Below are positions 39,599 through 52,709 of a stretch of 64,000 nucleotides of DNA, piece by piece. The translations under genes and the position numbers were made by a program. Positions within the stretch are counted from its first letter, which is position 1. Every line of letters starts with the position of its first letter. The notes below the pieces were generated by a model. That model worked only from the letters and a program-made list of their open reading frames with translations. It searched no databases and was not told the DNA's origin. Source of the stretch: Euglena gracilis (Eukaryota). Where the stretch lies: positions 13,386,716 through 13,450,715 of the forward strand of contig CP154954.1 in NCBI GenBank assembly GCA_039621445.1, in the 5' to 3' direction.

Positions 39599-42500
39599 TG
39601 TGTGTGTGTGTGTGTGACATGTGTCATGTTGGGTGCCGCAAGTGCATTTTTCTGTACCGGTGTGAATGAAAACACAGATGGACACCCCACCCCAATAAAT
39701 GATGTGTTGTATTTTTGAGTGGACAAATTTCTTTGTCGAAATTCACATCATTTATTCTGCCTGTTCAGGCTGTTGTGAAAGCGTAGAGTATGGGTAGTGA
39801 GTAAGGGTTGCTTGCACATAATCCCTATAGTTCATTTGGGGTCATCAAGAAACCTTGACTCAACTTCTTCAATTTTTCACCTCACCTGAAATTTTCACTC
39901 CCGCCTCCTTTGTGCCAGTTATTGTGAGAATTGCCTGGTGGTGGTGGTGGTGGTGGGGTATGTCTGGAAGGGATTAGTATTGCTTTTCCTCTTTTCAAAC
40001 TGAGAAAGCGCTCGCCTTTTTTTGATACAATCATTATTTGAAGGGAGAAATGACCCACCGAGCTAACATTTCCGCAGTCAACCAGTTGACGGCAAAGCCA
40101 GTGTATCTGCTGCAGAGTCAGACGGCACCTTCCCAAGTTTTCGACAGGCCCCCACCCTGGAAAATGAACGATCTATGAATTCTGAATGGCCTGCAACAGT
40201 GTTTCATTTCATCAAATGCTGAAACCTCCAGGGCAAGGTTTGAGTCGATCGGTTGACAGTAGGGGTGGATTTAGTAAGAGAAATAATAATAATGTTTTTT
40301 TTCTGACTCAGACAGAATTTTTCATACCCCTCCCCCTCCCCCAACGACCACCCTATTTTACTGACCACACCCCAGTTCGGGGTTGCAGGTCAGGGGGTGC
40401 CAACCCCCCCCCCTGGTCGGGGGTTGTTGGCGACCAAGGGAAAATTGGGGTTTTTGGCGCCGGGTCGTACCCCCCCCCCGAGGGTTGCAGTTCAGGGGTG
40501 CGTATGACCCCCCCCACTTATCGGGTGGAACCTCGTCGGTGGACAAGGGGGGCTAGGAGAGTAAATGGCACAAACGTTTTTTTTTTGGATGCGTTGAAGG
40601 ACCATCCAGCCAGCAGCCTTCATCCCCAGCCATAGACCTCCCCCATCAATGAGCTGTTAAGTCCTGCCGCCCGAAGGACCATTGAATGTCAGGGAAGCTC
40701 GTTCAAGTTCGAGCCCATTTTTCGTTCATTTCTGCCCATTTTTCGGCCGCCTCGACCCGAAGAATCTGTGGTGCAGAGCGTTGCTCAGAAAATTTGCCCC
40801 CCCCCCACCCGAGGGGGTCCAGCCAGCCAGCCAGCAGCCTCTACAGCCAGCAGCCTTTTTTCCAGCCCCGGAACCCCCTCCCCCCCATCAACAAGTTATA
40901 TTCATGGACGGTAACAAATTTCTCGATTTCGGGGGTGCCAAAAATGGGCAAAAATGTCAAATATGGGTCGGATTTGGGCTGACCAGGGCGAATTTGGGGT
41001 CAATTCGATTTTTTTTCTGCATAATTGGCAGTTTTTTTTGGACATTTTTGCAATTTCGATTTTTTTTTTGATTCCCAGTCGATCCCCAGATTGGGGCTGG
41101 CTCCACCCCAGGACCCTGTGGGGGGGGGGAGGGGGGTCAGCCATGCAGTTTTTTTTCTCTCCAGCCCGAATTCTCCAGCCTCTTGGAACCTCCTGGGGGG
41201 GGGGGGTCCTTAAGAAACGCCCTTGTTCCCTGTCCTATTTTTTTGCATACATTCTTGTAAACTTGGTGCTGTTTTTTTTTTAATGAAGTCAACCCCCCCC
41301 CCAATATAAAGCCCCCCTCCCCCGGCTTTACATTTGGACAGGATTTCAAGGCCCCCAGGGGGGGCTTTGTATTTGGGGGTGGAAATCAAACTTTTTTTGG
41401 TGGCCTCTATGACCTTCGGCGGCCTCAATTGTGGCCAAATACCACTTTTATGCCAAATTTTTGTTGTGTACCTCCTATTTCCCCCCAAAATGGGCAATTA
41501 TTGTCCAAAATGGAGCATTTTTGGTGAGAAAAGAGTTTTATCCACCCAATAGTTTTCTACTGTTTCCTGAATGACACCATCGGCTGGCTCCACCGGCTTT
41601 ATATTTAGGCGGCAAGACAATCGCGAGATAGTTTGCCTGCCTAATAAAATTTTATCTTGCATCCGCGTGATTCTGTTGGCATAGCCCACCAACTCTCGAT
41701 ATGATGGAGTTCCTCCTCCTTACATGCCAACTTGCCCGGCCTTTGGTCTTTTGCAAATGACCGCCAAAATTGTTAAAATGTTAAAGCCCCCAAAAGGTTG
41801 CCCCCCTGGCCTAACTTTCAATCATGGCCCGGGCCAAGCGCCAGGGGGTAGGTAGGTATATTTCACTGGGGGTAGTGGATTTGTGGGTCTGTGTTAACCC
41901 ACAAATATTTTCCTGACTGTTCCCTTGACAGCAACTGTATAGAAGGCAGAAGACATGCCCGTGCTCTCTGAAGAAAGTCGAGTTGTGCCTCACTTCCAGG
42001 AAGTGGAAAACTTGCATGAACAATTCAGACACGCCACTTTCTGAATATGATTTGCACCATAAAATAGGCAGCCAGCCATAATTCCTCAGACATTGCATTA
42101 CCTCAACAAACCCACCTTCATTTTGAGGTTTACACACCTTTCTAAACTGTGCATGGCCACTCAACACTGTTGGCAAGGGAGACTGTGGGAAGGTCCTGTC
42201 TGGGTTCAGGTCCATCAACTGCCAAACCAATGAAAGCTCGGGGAAAGACAATGAATGGCAGTGCAACGACATGGTTCAGGAAGAGGGGCATGCAATGAGG
42301 AAGAGGGGCGTGCAAGGGTAGCATGAAGAGGCGATTGGAGGGTTACACGTGGTTGCCACAAGTGTTCCATATGGGACTCAAGAAGATCCCTGTAATGATG
42401 CGTGATTTCGGTAATGCTGCAGAAGAGCCGCCCTCGGTCACCAGAACAACTTTGGGCTAGTTTTCCTGTGAATGTTTTTGGTGGCATTTTTTTTGAGTTT

Positions 42501-44922
42501 AATTTTTACTTTTATTCAATTTATTTCAATTGTAATTTTGATTTTCTGGCATCCCCCCTGGTTTTCCATGGCGCAGGCCTCCCCCCAATCTGGCGAAGTG
42601 GGACGACGGCTGGCTGGGCTCCATGATGTTCAACCGCTACACGGGGCAGGTGGAGCTGTCCATCCGGCAGAGCGCAGGGACTCTCTGGCGGCCAGCCGGA
42701 TGCCCCCTCCCCACCGGCTCATTGGGCTGGCAGGCCATTTGCTGAAAGGGATCCAGAAACATGGTTTTGATGATGCTCAAAGTTTCAAGGTTCTGAACAT
42801 CTGTGTAAAAGGGAAGGTCCAGACCATCAGGGTTCCGTTTTTTTCCCTTGGCTTTTTCAAGCCTTGTGTACCAGGCCAAATTGCTTGCCAGAATTGCTTG
42901 AACAGGTGTTCGAGCAATTCTGAACTGGGTTCAGATGAACAGAACGGGATTTCTGGAACCATCAGATTGGGGGGTGGTGTCAAGCAGCCACAGCATTTTC
43001 CCAACCGACACCAATTGTTGCAGCCCGTGGACCCCGGAATTGGCTTTTCATGGGCAGTGTAAGCGAAGTCCCCAGCAAGCGAATCTCTGGCCCCACCTCG
43101 CTGCCCAGAACGGGACGTGGGTCCAGCTGTACATCAGTATGGGGGCATCGACCATCAGCGACGAGCTGCGGAGCCAGCTGGAGGGGTTCCCGGATGTTCA
43201 AGTGCCACCCAAAACTGCTGTGAGTTGGTTTGTCCTGCAGTTTTCTGTGCATTTGTTGTGCAGACACTTGTTCGATGGATGGATGGTTGGGAATGATAAT
43301 TGTGTGATGACTGTGTCCGACATTTTTTCTTAAATTGATGAACCTTCTATGTTTTGTGTTTCTTTGAGCTTTAAGGTTGTCCCCCTGACGGACAAATGTT
43401 ATATATTTTTTGTGCATCTCACCGAAAGATAGCACTTTTGCAAAGTTGTGTATTATTGCCACATCAAACACACAGCCTCAGTTCTCATTATCTGATGCAT
43501 TAAATCATATTGATGTGTGGCTGCAGTTTACAATAGCTTATTGCTTCTCATGGTCAGAAATCACTTTCTGTTTTCGAATTGGTGATGCAGGCTGGGTGCG
43601 CTTGTAAGAGACCGGCTGGTGCTCTTCTTCCGCCAGCCCCACGGTTATATGATAGCACCCAGTGGTACTCTGACCCTTCCTTTATCAGTTTATCCCTGTT
43701 TATCCCAGAACTGTGCAAATTATTCACAAAATTCTGAAATTGCAGTTTAATTGGGTTTGTTTGTTTTGTGTATGTTTTATGTGTGTTTGTCTTCTTCACT
43801 CTGAACCTACAACGTTTTTAATTGCATTTCCTTTCACCTCTTCATTTCTCACCTTTCCCTCAACGTTCCATCTTCGATGGCCCCACAACCCCAAACCCAA
43901 TTCGTCCCCCAGAGTCGTTCCATGCCCCAGGGTTAGCTTACAAAAAGGGTGTCATGGGTTTAAGCGAGGAGCCCCCTTTGTAGAGGGTGAGGGTCCCTCC
44001 CTCCTGGGTGGGGGGTGGGTTCGGACCCCCCCCCCCCCGACTTGCGAAGGGGGAGTCTGGACCGACCAGGGGACCCGACGATCCGCAATGGTCAATTTTT
44101 TTTTGCCTCCAACAGTTAACACCAAAATTTTTAACAATTTTGACAATTTCAACAAGTTTTTGTCCAGAAAGTGCCAAAATTGCATTTTGGGTCGATTTGG
44201 GAGGTAAAAAAAAACTTTGGCTTCATTTTGGCCAAGCCGCTGTTTCGGTTTTCTGAACCCCCCCCTCCCACCAAACCCTGTCTGCCCTTGCTTCCGCATT
44301 CCTGCGGTGGCCGACTACCCACCTCGGCACACCGCTGTCCTCGGCCTCGCTTCCGCATTCCTGCGGTGGCCGACGACCCACCGCGGCACACCGCTGTCCG
44401 CGGCCTCGCACGGGAAGTACTTCAGCCACAGCGACGTGGACCGACGCTACATCAACCCGCTGGTGAACCCCACCAACGTCAGCGCGTACCGCCTCTGGTC
44501 CAGGCTGGGTCTTGAATCCGCAGCTTGTGAGCAGCATCTCTTGCATTTGCCATCGAAGGCGGTTGAAATTCAGCCTGACCTTGACATGCCTTCAGAGCAA
44601 CGACGCACTCATCTTTCAGGCCTGCCAACAACTGTATGGCACTTACCAGTCCGGGGAGGTCCTTTCTAACTGAAGGGACAGAACAGGAGACAGTGTATTG
44701 AACAGTTGTTTACAGGTGCTGGTTTGGGCTGGCCGAGTTTTGGGTTTGACGATGGGTATCGTTTGTCATCTTTTTGCACGGCGACACTTTGAGACACACC
44801 AAAGGCCCTTTTAAAACCAGAGGGACTTGTGGTGCCAATGACCACTTTAAAACACCTCTACAGGTTTGGTTTTGCCATATACATACATACATACATACAT
44901 ACATACAGACAGACAGGCAGGC

Positions 44923-44959
<37 letters not shown>

Positions 44960-47900
44960 TACATACATAATGTATCATAAGGCATTATGTCCGTTTCCTC
45001 CAGTGAACCTCCTGAAGTGGCTCTTTGCCAAATCTCTGGGAAGTTGCCATTTGAAGGTCTGAGTTTGGGCCTGTTGACAGGTTCCCTCTGTTGTGGCTGA
45101 CTGAGCAAACGCCACCACGAAGTGTCTTGATGTGGTGGAATGATGCGCAAATCAAGCGGATCTGACGTGACAGTTGCCAACCGCTGACCATGGCAGGAGG
45201 GAAATCACAAACCTCAAAACATTTTATTTTTATTTAAATAGATTTTTTACCATATACAATAAATTTTGCTAACTGTAATATAATTATCATAAATATACAT
45301 AATTTTTTAAATATATAATAAAATTTCTGCACACAAGTTTTCGTCGTGATGCCTCCTGCATGGTTTTTGGATGGACATGAGAAGAAGAAGCCGCGCTGTG
45401 GGAACCGGATGGGGCCCTCCCTGGCCCCCAGTCGTGGACCGCCATCCCTGCGATGAACCAGGAGATGGTGCTGAGCGCCCAGCGGTACTGGGTGGCCACT
45501 GGCTACAGCACCGGAGCTCGGGGGCGGCGCTGGAGGAGAGACCGGATTGCTTGTTGGTTTTTTTTGCCTGTGAATGGTTTTGAAAGCTGGTGTGATGGCT
45601 GCCCACGTGGATGTTGTCTGCTGGGCTTTTCTCCACCAATGGACTTATCACAAAGGTATCCAATGAATAATAATTTGAAGAATAAGTTGTGTCGTATGCA
45701 GTGGTCATTGGTCATCATTTGGCACTTTTGAGAAACGCTATTTAGCCTGTTGTAGGCGTCTGGCGCCTGTTGTGTGTGTGTTTTACGAGGGGCCCTGCTC
45801 TTTCCCACCACCCCCTCTGTGCCTCCGACCTGCCGAATGGCACCCAAGTGTTAATCCTCCAAAATACACTGCCAGCGAAGGGGAATGGTGGATTTGCCAC
45901 GCAGCCACATCGCCTGGCCACGAACAGTGCGGACCATCCCCGGCCCGGCCCCAGCCTGCTGTGTACGGTGCTAATGCTGAAGAACCGGGCGGCGGTGATG
46001 GGCAGCATCGACGCCAGCAACGCGCATGTGGACCAGCGGGTGGCCGACAAGAAGGGGGTCACGGCCGGGGTTGGCTGCTCTCGCTGTTGAGGCACGGCCC
46101 ATCGTCAACATTTAACTGATGAAAATGTTGATACATTATGATGATGTGCAGATCTATGCATGTACGTATGTGGCCAATGAGCACCGAATGAGCACCACTG
46201 AACGCCAGCTGTTTTTTTTTTTTATGAAGGGGTTCCCTCCGACATCGGTGTGTCTCGCACATGCACACATACAATGAGTGTATCATCATTGTGTGTTTTA
46301 TTATCACATATTTGTCTGTTTGCAAAGGCTGTCCCCATGTCACATTTTATGCAACGATCATACCTTGCACAGTTGCTTGTCTTCATGCCAAACTTCCGGT
46401 GAAGGAACCTCCACATCTACGCCCCGCCTGTGTTCGTCATACTGGGGGTGGTCAGCGCCATCGCCGTCCTGCTGCCGCTGAGCGTGGGCTTGTGGATGGC
46501 CTCACGGCTCTACACCCTTGCAAGAGGGGTCAGGGCCCTGCCCCTGTCTGGGCCTGTGTGGCTCTCCTCCTCTCAGCAATTCGGGGCACGAGCGACCAAA
46601 GAAAAAGAACAACACATAATTAAATGCAACATCGAGGGTCTGCTCTTTGTCCCCCTGAGTCAGATCCAGGGTGCCAGGGAGCGTTAGTTTCATGCGGGGA
46701 GAGCCCCCCCCCCCCCTCTGGGCTGGGGGTTCTTGAGGGGGGTCAGACCCCCAAGAACCGAGAAATTTTCTTCCCCTTCAAAGCACCGGGGAAAGGATTT
46801 TCACGTATTGCTGATTTTTCGAAATGAACCCGAAAACACGATTTTTGGCTTTTTGAGCCCCCTCCCCCAATTGTCCCGGCGCTTCGTGGCTTTTTGCTTT
46901 TCGCAGGAGGGGGGCCTGACCCCCCCTCCACCCTCATTTGGTGCCTTGGACAAGACTGTGTGGGAATCCCTGGGACCCTTTGGGTGTTGCGGGGCCACCC
47001 GGGCATTGGTTTTTTAAGGCAAAATTTTTATGGCATTATAGGGCATTCTTTAAGGCTTTTTGAGGCTTTTTAAGGCACTATTCTCCAGGGGAGTCCAAGG
47101 GCTGTCCGGGCATCAGAAAAGTTTTTTTTTTTGATTTTGCATGTGGTCCAATTAATTTTTTTTTTTGCATTTTGGTTAATAAACAACGTTTGGGCAATGC
47201 CAAAATCATTTTTCTTTCCAGAGCTGACCTGCGTTTGCTGAGGTTTTTTGGCTTTTTCTTTGCTCGGTCGGAGAATTTTCTGCCAGCCCGAATTTGTTGA
47301 ATTTTTTGGCATTTTGAGGCATTTTAGCCAAAAAAAATTCAAGGCTCATTTTCAGGCATTTAAGGTTTTTTAAAAAAATGCCTTGCAAATAAAAAAAATG
47401 CCACCCCATCTCATATCTCCAAGGCGCTGATTTCTCTGTGCCTTCGGGGCCAAAGAAGTTTTTCTTGCAAACTGCCAGGGTGGGAAGGGGGTAGATCCCC
47501 CCATCAGACCTTCTTGTACAGCCCTGTCCAAAGCTTTCTTTCTTGGGTGTGCTCTTTTTCTTGCAAAGTCAAAAGTGTCCAGATCATCAGACTTCTTCCA
47601 GTTTGATTTCTGTTTTCATTCCATGATTTTCATCAACTTGAAATCAGACCGCTGCGGACAAGGCCCTGCCTCCGATGGACCGCATCGCCCAGCTGCAGTT
47701 CACCACCACAGCCACGAAGCCCACTGTGTTCCGGGAACTTCACCGCTTCCAGACCTCCTTCACCCAGATGGAGCGCGGCCTGCAGGGCAGGCTTCTTTTC
47801 AATGAAAAAAAAGTGGTCACCTCCCCTCCCAGGTGGGTGATACCAGAAGAAAACTGTTGTGGGGAGATTCTGGACCAAGTTTTGCCCAGGATTTTTTTAC

Positions 47901-50900
47901 GGCAGATTCAAGAAAAGCCCAATTTCCTCCAGTGAACCTGCGAAATTTTCTTTGGCATTTTGCACGGTTCCTTGGAATGTTCCAAGTCACCTGTTCAAAA
48001 GGTGTATTGATCATTCAGCATGTGATTTTTTAACGTTCAAATCCAAACTTTTTGAATTTTGGATTTGGAGAAACCAATTTTTGGGTTTGGTGTGGAATTT
48101 CCCTGAAGAATGGCTTTGTGAGATTTTCTTCATCCAGAAATTTCCTGGCCGTTTTAAGGGGGCGTCCAGGATTTTCCCCGCATTTTGAGGATTCCCCACA
48201 AAAAATTTTCCATCTGCAATTGTTGCTGATCAGATCCCGCCATTTCAAGGACATTTTGTCCCTCTCCCTTGGATGTCACGTTGGGTCAACTGACTTTTTC
48301 TGTTGGAAAGTCCACTGGGAGGCCTCCACGGCAAGTTGTTACTCACCCTCCCTTCCTAAAAATGAAATGAACCCCCTTATAGCACCAAAAAACCCTGCCT
48401 CCTGGGGGGTCAAAATACCCCCCCCCCCACTCCGCCTGTCCATACTGGGGGGCTGGGCGACCGTTGCCAATTGTCCAACGAACAAGGGGCGTCCAGACTG
48501 TGTAGATTGTCTCCTTTCACAGCAAATGGATGATTATTTCCTCGTCCAATGACCGGGCTTGTCCAAGAAATCCCCCCCTGGTCAGATGCGACCTGTGATG
48601 TTTGTCCCTAAGTAATGGAGGAATTGTGGTTTAATTTCGCTTTTTTTTGTATTTGCAAGTTTCAGAGAAGCTTTTTTTTTGCAGCCTGTTGGAAAAACCA
48701 TAAACTGGCTGAAATGCCAAAATGACCCCCCCCAAAAAATGGCCAATGCCCCCGCAATGGCTCCCAAAATGATTCAAATTGGTGTACCCCCTGTCTGCTG
48801 ACCACCCCGTCAGGCTTTTTGTCAGGCTGTATGACATCGAAATCTCATTCCTGCCTTCCTGCTGATGGAAGATGTCACAGGGTTGAATAATACATTTCAG
48901 GGGAACGTGGCAGATGACACCCAATCATATGTCTATCCAGCAAAAGATCATGTCAGGGAAAGGTCCCAATGGGGATAAATCCCCTATACATCGACACCTC
49001 CTGGTCGGAGGATGAAGGTTGCAGGTGGTTTTGAATATTGGGTTTTTTTTTGGCACCTAACCCCCCCCCAAAATAAGACCCGGGTCTTATTTTTGGGTCC
49101 GTTGCTGGAAACCTCCAGGGGGGGGGTCTTATTTTTGGGGGGGTTCTTATTTTTGGATTTTTTCTTGACCGACCCGGGACGAAAAAAACATCATTTTTCA
49201 GGTTCCCAAAAACACTAAAAATTTTCCTTCGGCGCTTCGCGCCATGTGTAAATTTGTGTAAGTGGACATTTAGCATGTTTTTTGCACTTCAAGAATCTGA
49301 AATTTTTTGAAATTTCATCATTTTTGTGTGTGAAATTTGGGTTTTTGGCAATTTCTCAGGGAAAATTTTCACCGTCCCCGGCGCTTCGCGCCGTCAGGGG
49401 GGGGGGGTCTTATTTTTGGGGGGGGTCTTATTTTGGGGGGGGGTCTTATTTTTGGGGGGGGGGTTTAGTCGTGCAACCACTCCCTGGTCGGGGGTTGTTG
49501 GAACCTGGTCAATGGGGAGGGGGCTGGTAAAGTGAGGTTGCGACAAACAGCCGAAAGTTGCTCAAATTTGGCCAAAAAATGACCAATAATAGTCGAAATG
49601 GCCAAAAAAATGGCCGACAGTGGCCAAAAATGGCCAGAAGTGGTCAAAGGATGCCAATTGTGCAAAAAAAAAAGGGGCTAAAAACAGCCAAAATGGTCTT
49701 GATTCCCTATTTGTGGCCAACTTTTTGCCAACATGGGGTTCCCCTATTGTCTAACAACCCCCTCCACCCCCTGGTTGGAGACAAACGTTGGCTGTTTTAG
49801 CACCCCCCCCCCAGTCGGAGACGATCATTTGGTGTCATTGAATCATGAAATGGGGGGAGGTTGCGAACCCCATGCTTAATGAACGTCTAATGCTTAATGC
49901 TTAATGAACCCCATACTTAATGAACTGTCCGGACCAATCCCTCGGGGGGGGGGGGTTGGTCAGACTCAGCTTGGACCGCGTGCATAACAGCCGAAGACCC
50001 CCTCCTCCAGGGGGTTGTGGAAAAGAAGGCTGCTGTGGGCGTTTGGGAAGTTCGTGCCCCAGGCGGTGGTGAAGGTGCTGGGCAGCCCCGGCCCGTGATG
50101 TGCCAAATTGGGGCATTGCGTCTTGCACAAACCCTGATGGATCCTGAATGGCATCTGGGAAATGAGGTTTCTCTCTGGAATCCCTTTCTGGAGTGACAAA
50201 AGGGACCAGCGGAAAAAACAGCCAAATCCACCTGAGATGCCAGATTTGTCCCAGTCTCAGGATGTGACACGTCACGTGACACCCCCAAATGACATGGGGC
50301 CAACACCTGCAACCAAAAAGAAAACCTTGAAAAATTGGCTGCTTGAGCACAAGGAGAAAAACCCAGGCATCACAGCTGGGCGTCTCCGATTGCAATGCCA
50401 AGGCACTGGGGCATTTCAAACCAACCACAGCAACCGGTGACCCTTGACATGTACATCGAATGTGCGGCTTCTTTGTCGAGTCACCTCTTTTGACCGGCGG
50501 CTGATTCTGATTGCTGGCCAAATGAAAGCCAACGATGAGATGCACCCCAAGCAGGCCGCTGTTCATTGTTCCTGAGGTCTAATCTGCAATCCTAAAGGTT
50601 TCGTCTCTCATCCGGAAACCGAAGATATGGGCCGTCAGTGGTAATCCGTTTAATCATAAATTTGCGCCAAAGTGAGCCCGCTGAACTCCTGATCTGCTGA
50701 ACTTCCCCGTTTTTTTTTCATCGGCCCCCTGGCTGTGGGTTGCAGATGCCTTTGGCGTCACTGTTGAGCTGTTTGGAATCAGTTCCACCTGTGGTTGCAG
50801 CCTGCCAGAGGGGACATGGGATGGTTTTCCTGAGGTCGCAACCAAACACGTGAGTTTAAAGCCCCACCACCATGGAGATGGTGGTGGGGCAATCAGTTGC

Positions 50901-52678
50901 CTGCCACTGAAACGCTGACCATCATGTTTGCGGACATTGAGGGCTTCTCCACCATCTGTGAGAATGAGACCCCCGCCGCGCTGGTCGCCGTGTGCACGGA
51001 GTACTTCGAGGCCATGTGCAGCGCACCGAGTCTCCTGCAGACAAACCCCAGAACACCCCCCCCCCCCAACGACAGGAAGTTTTGGAAACTTTCAAACACA
51101 CACTAAGCGAAGGAAAATATGGCTCAAATCACCGAAGGTTTTCAGGAACTGGGAAATGATGTGTCTTTATGTCGGTCCTTCCTCAATGAAGAATCTTGAA
51201 AGTGGGGTATGTTCCCACCCATATGTGTTTCATTTCGGCTCTTTGGCTTTTTTGCCATTTTTCTCACATTTGGCTTGCAAAACGGCTTTTTCGCCATTTT
51301 CTCAATGGCGAAACGGCTTTTTTGCTGTTTTGCCAACGGCTAAACGGCTTTTTCGCCGTTTTGCCAACGGCGAAACGAAAAGCCATTTTGAAACAAGTCG
51401 GCTTCTGATGGGTGGGAACATACCCTCTAAAATAAGGAACGGTCTTGTTCCCAGGGAAGGTCTCAACCCCAGGGGGATGTGGGTCGTGAGAGAGCAACCC
51501 CCCCCCCCTTCGATGCGGAAGGTTCTAGGAGCCCAAAAATGGCCCAAGCTGGGACTCAAATTCCCCCCCTGGTTGTGTCCCTGCTATGAGCTAGCACCCC
51601 ACACAGCGATGTTCTAAGTTTGTTGACCTGGGGGGGGGCGCCCCCCTCCTGCTGGGGTTTAGTCGAGGGGGTATCCTCCTCTAGCGGTTCTCCTCTAATT
51701 TCGGTCTGAAAGCTTTTTGAAAACTTTTTCGACCAAATTTGACCCCCGAGCTCTCCCCCCCCCCCCGTGGGGGCCCTCTGGGTGGGTGGGTGGGTGCCGA
51801 CCTCCCCCTCCAGATCCTGAAGAACCTCTGAAAACCTTCTAGCACGAGGCACAATCTCCCCGGGGCTTGTTAAAAGGAGCCTGCTGGAACGTCCTCTGTA
51901 TGGGTCTCGGACCCCAATATTGTGGAACGAAATGGCACCATCGACAAGTTCATCGGTGACTGCATTGAAAGCCCCACGGTCGGCGGTTCGGTCAACCCCC
52001 CCCCTTCGATCCAACTGCTCCGCTTTTGACTACTCGGTTGGTGGTGTGACTCCGAGGCAAGTGGGGAAAAGGCACTTCCTGACAGTGTTTGAACATTATC
52101 GTCCAGATTTCCTTTTTTTAATAAACAATCTAATGTAATGGATATGTGCATGTATTTAGGAACATATACACACCGCATATGTATATATATATAAAATATG
52201 CACATGTACATAGGTATATGTGCATGTGTGTGTCCATATGTATTGGCAGGTGCACCTTTTGATTCCCTCCCCCTTGGGGGTATCAAAGTGCACACTTGGT
52301 TGGCCACGGATGCCCTGGGGATAATGAGGGTTAGGCTAATTATCGGCCTAATTATAGGTTAGTTTGGGCATAATGCAAGGCCTATTTTTTTTTTTAGGAT
52401 TTCGGCCTAACTGTAGCCTAAAACCCTAACCCTAACCACTCCCAAACCCCAACCCCAATTGCTTTTTATGGGATAATCTGGAACTCGCTTCCTCACATCC
52501 AAAATTATCAAATTTCCACCGTCGGAAGATCGAAGTTGGTGGAGAAAACGGCCAAAATCAAGGGGCCGGTCCCACTTGTATGACGCGGGAGGGTAAAAAA
52601 ACCCTCACCTCATACTGGTGGGACCCCCCACCAGTCGGGCCCAACTAATATGGGGTCGCCATGCATGCATGCATGTGA

Positions 52679-52709
<31 letters not shown>

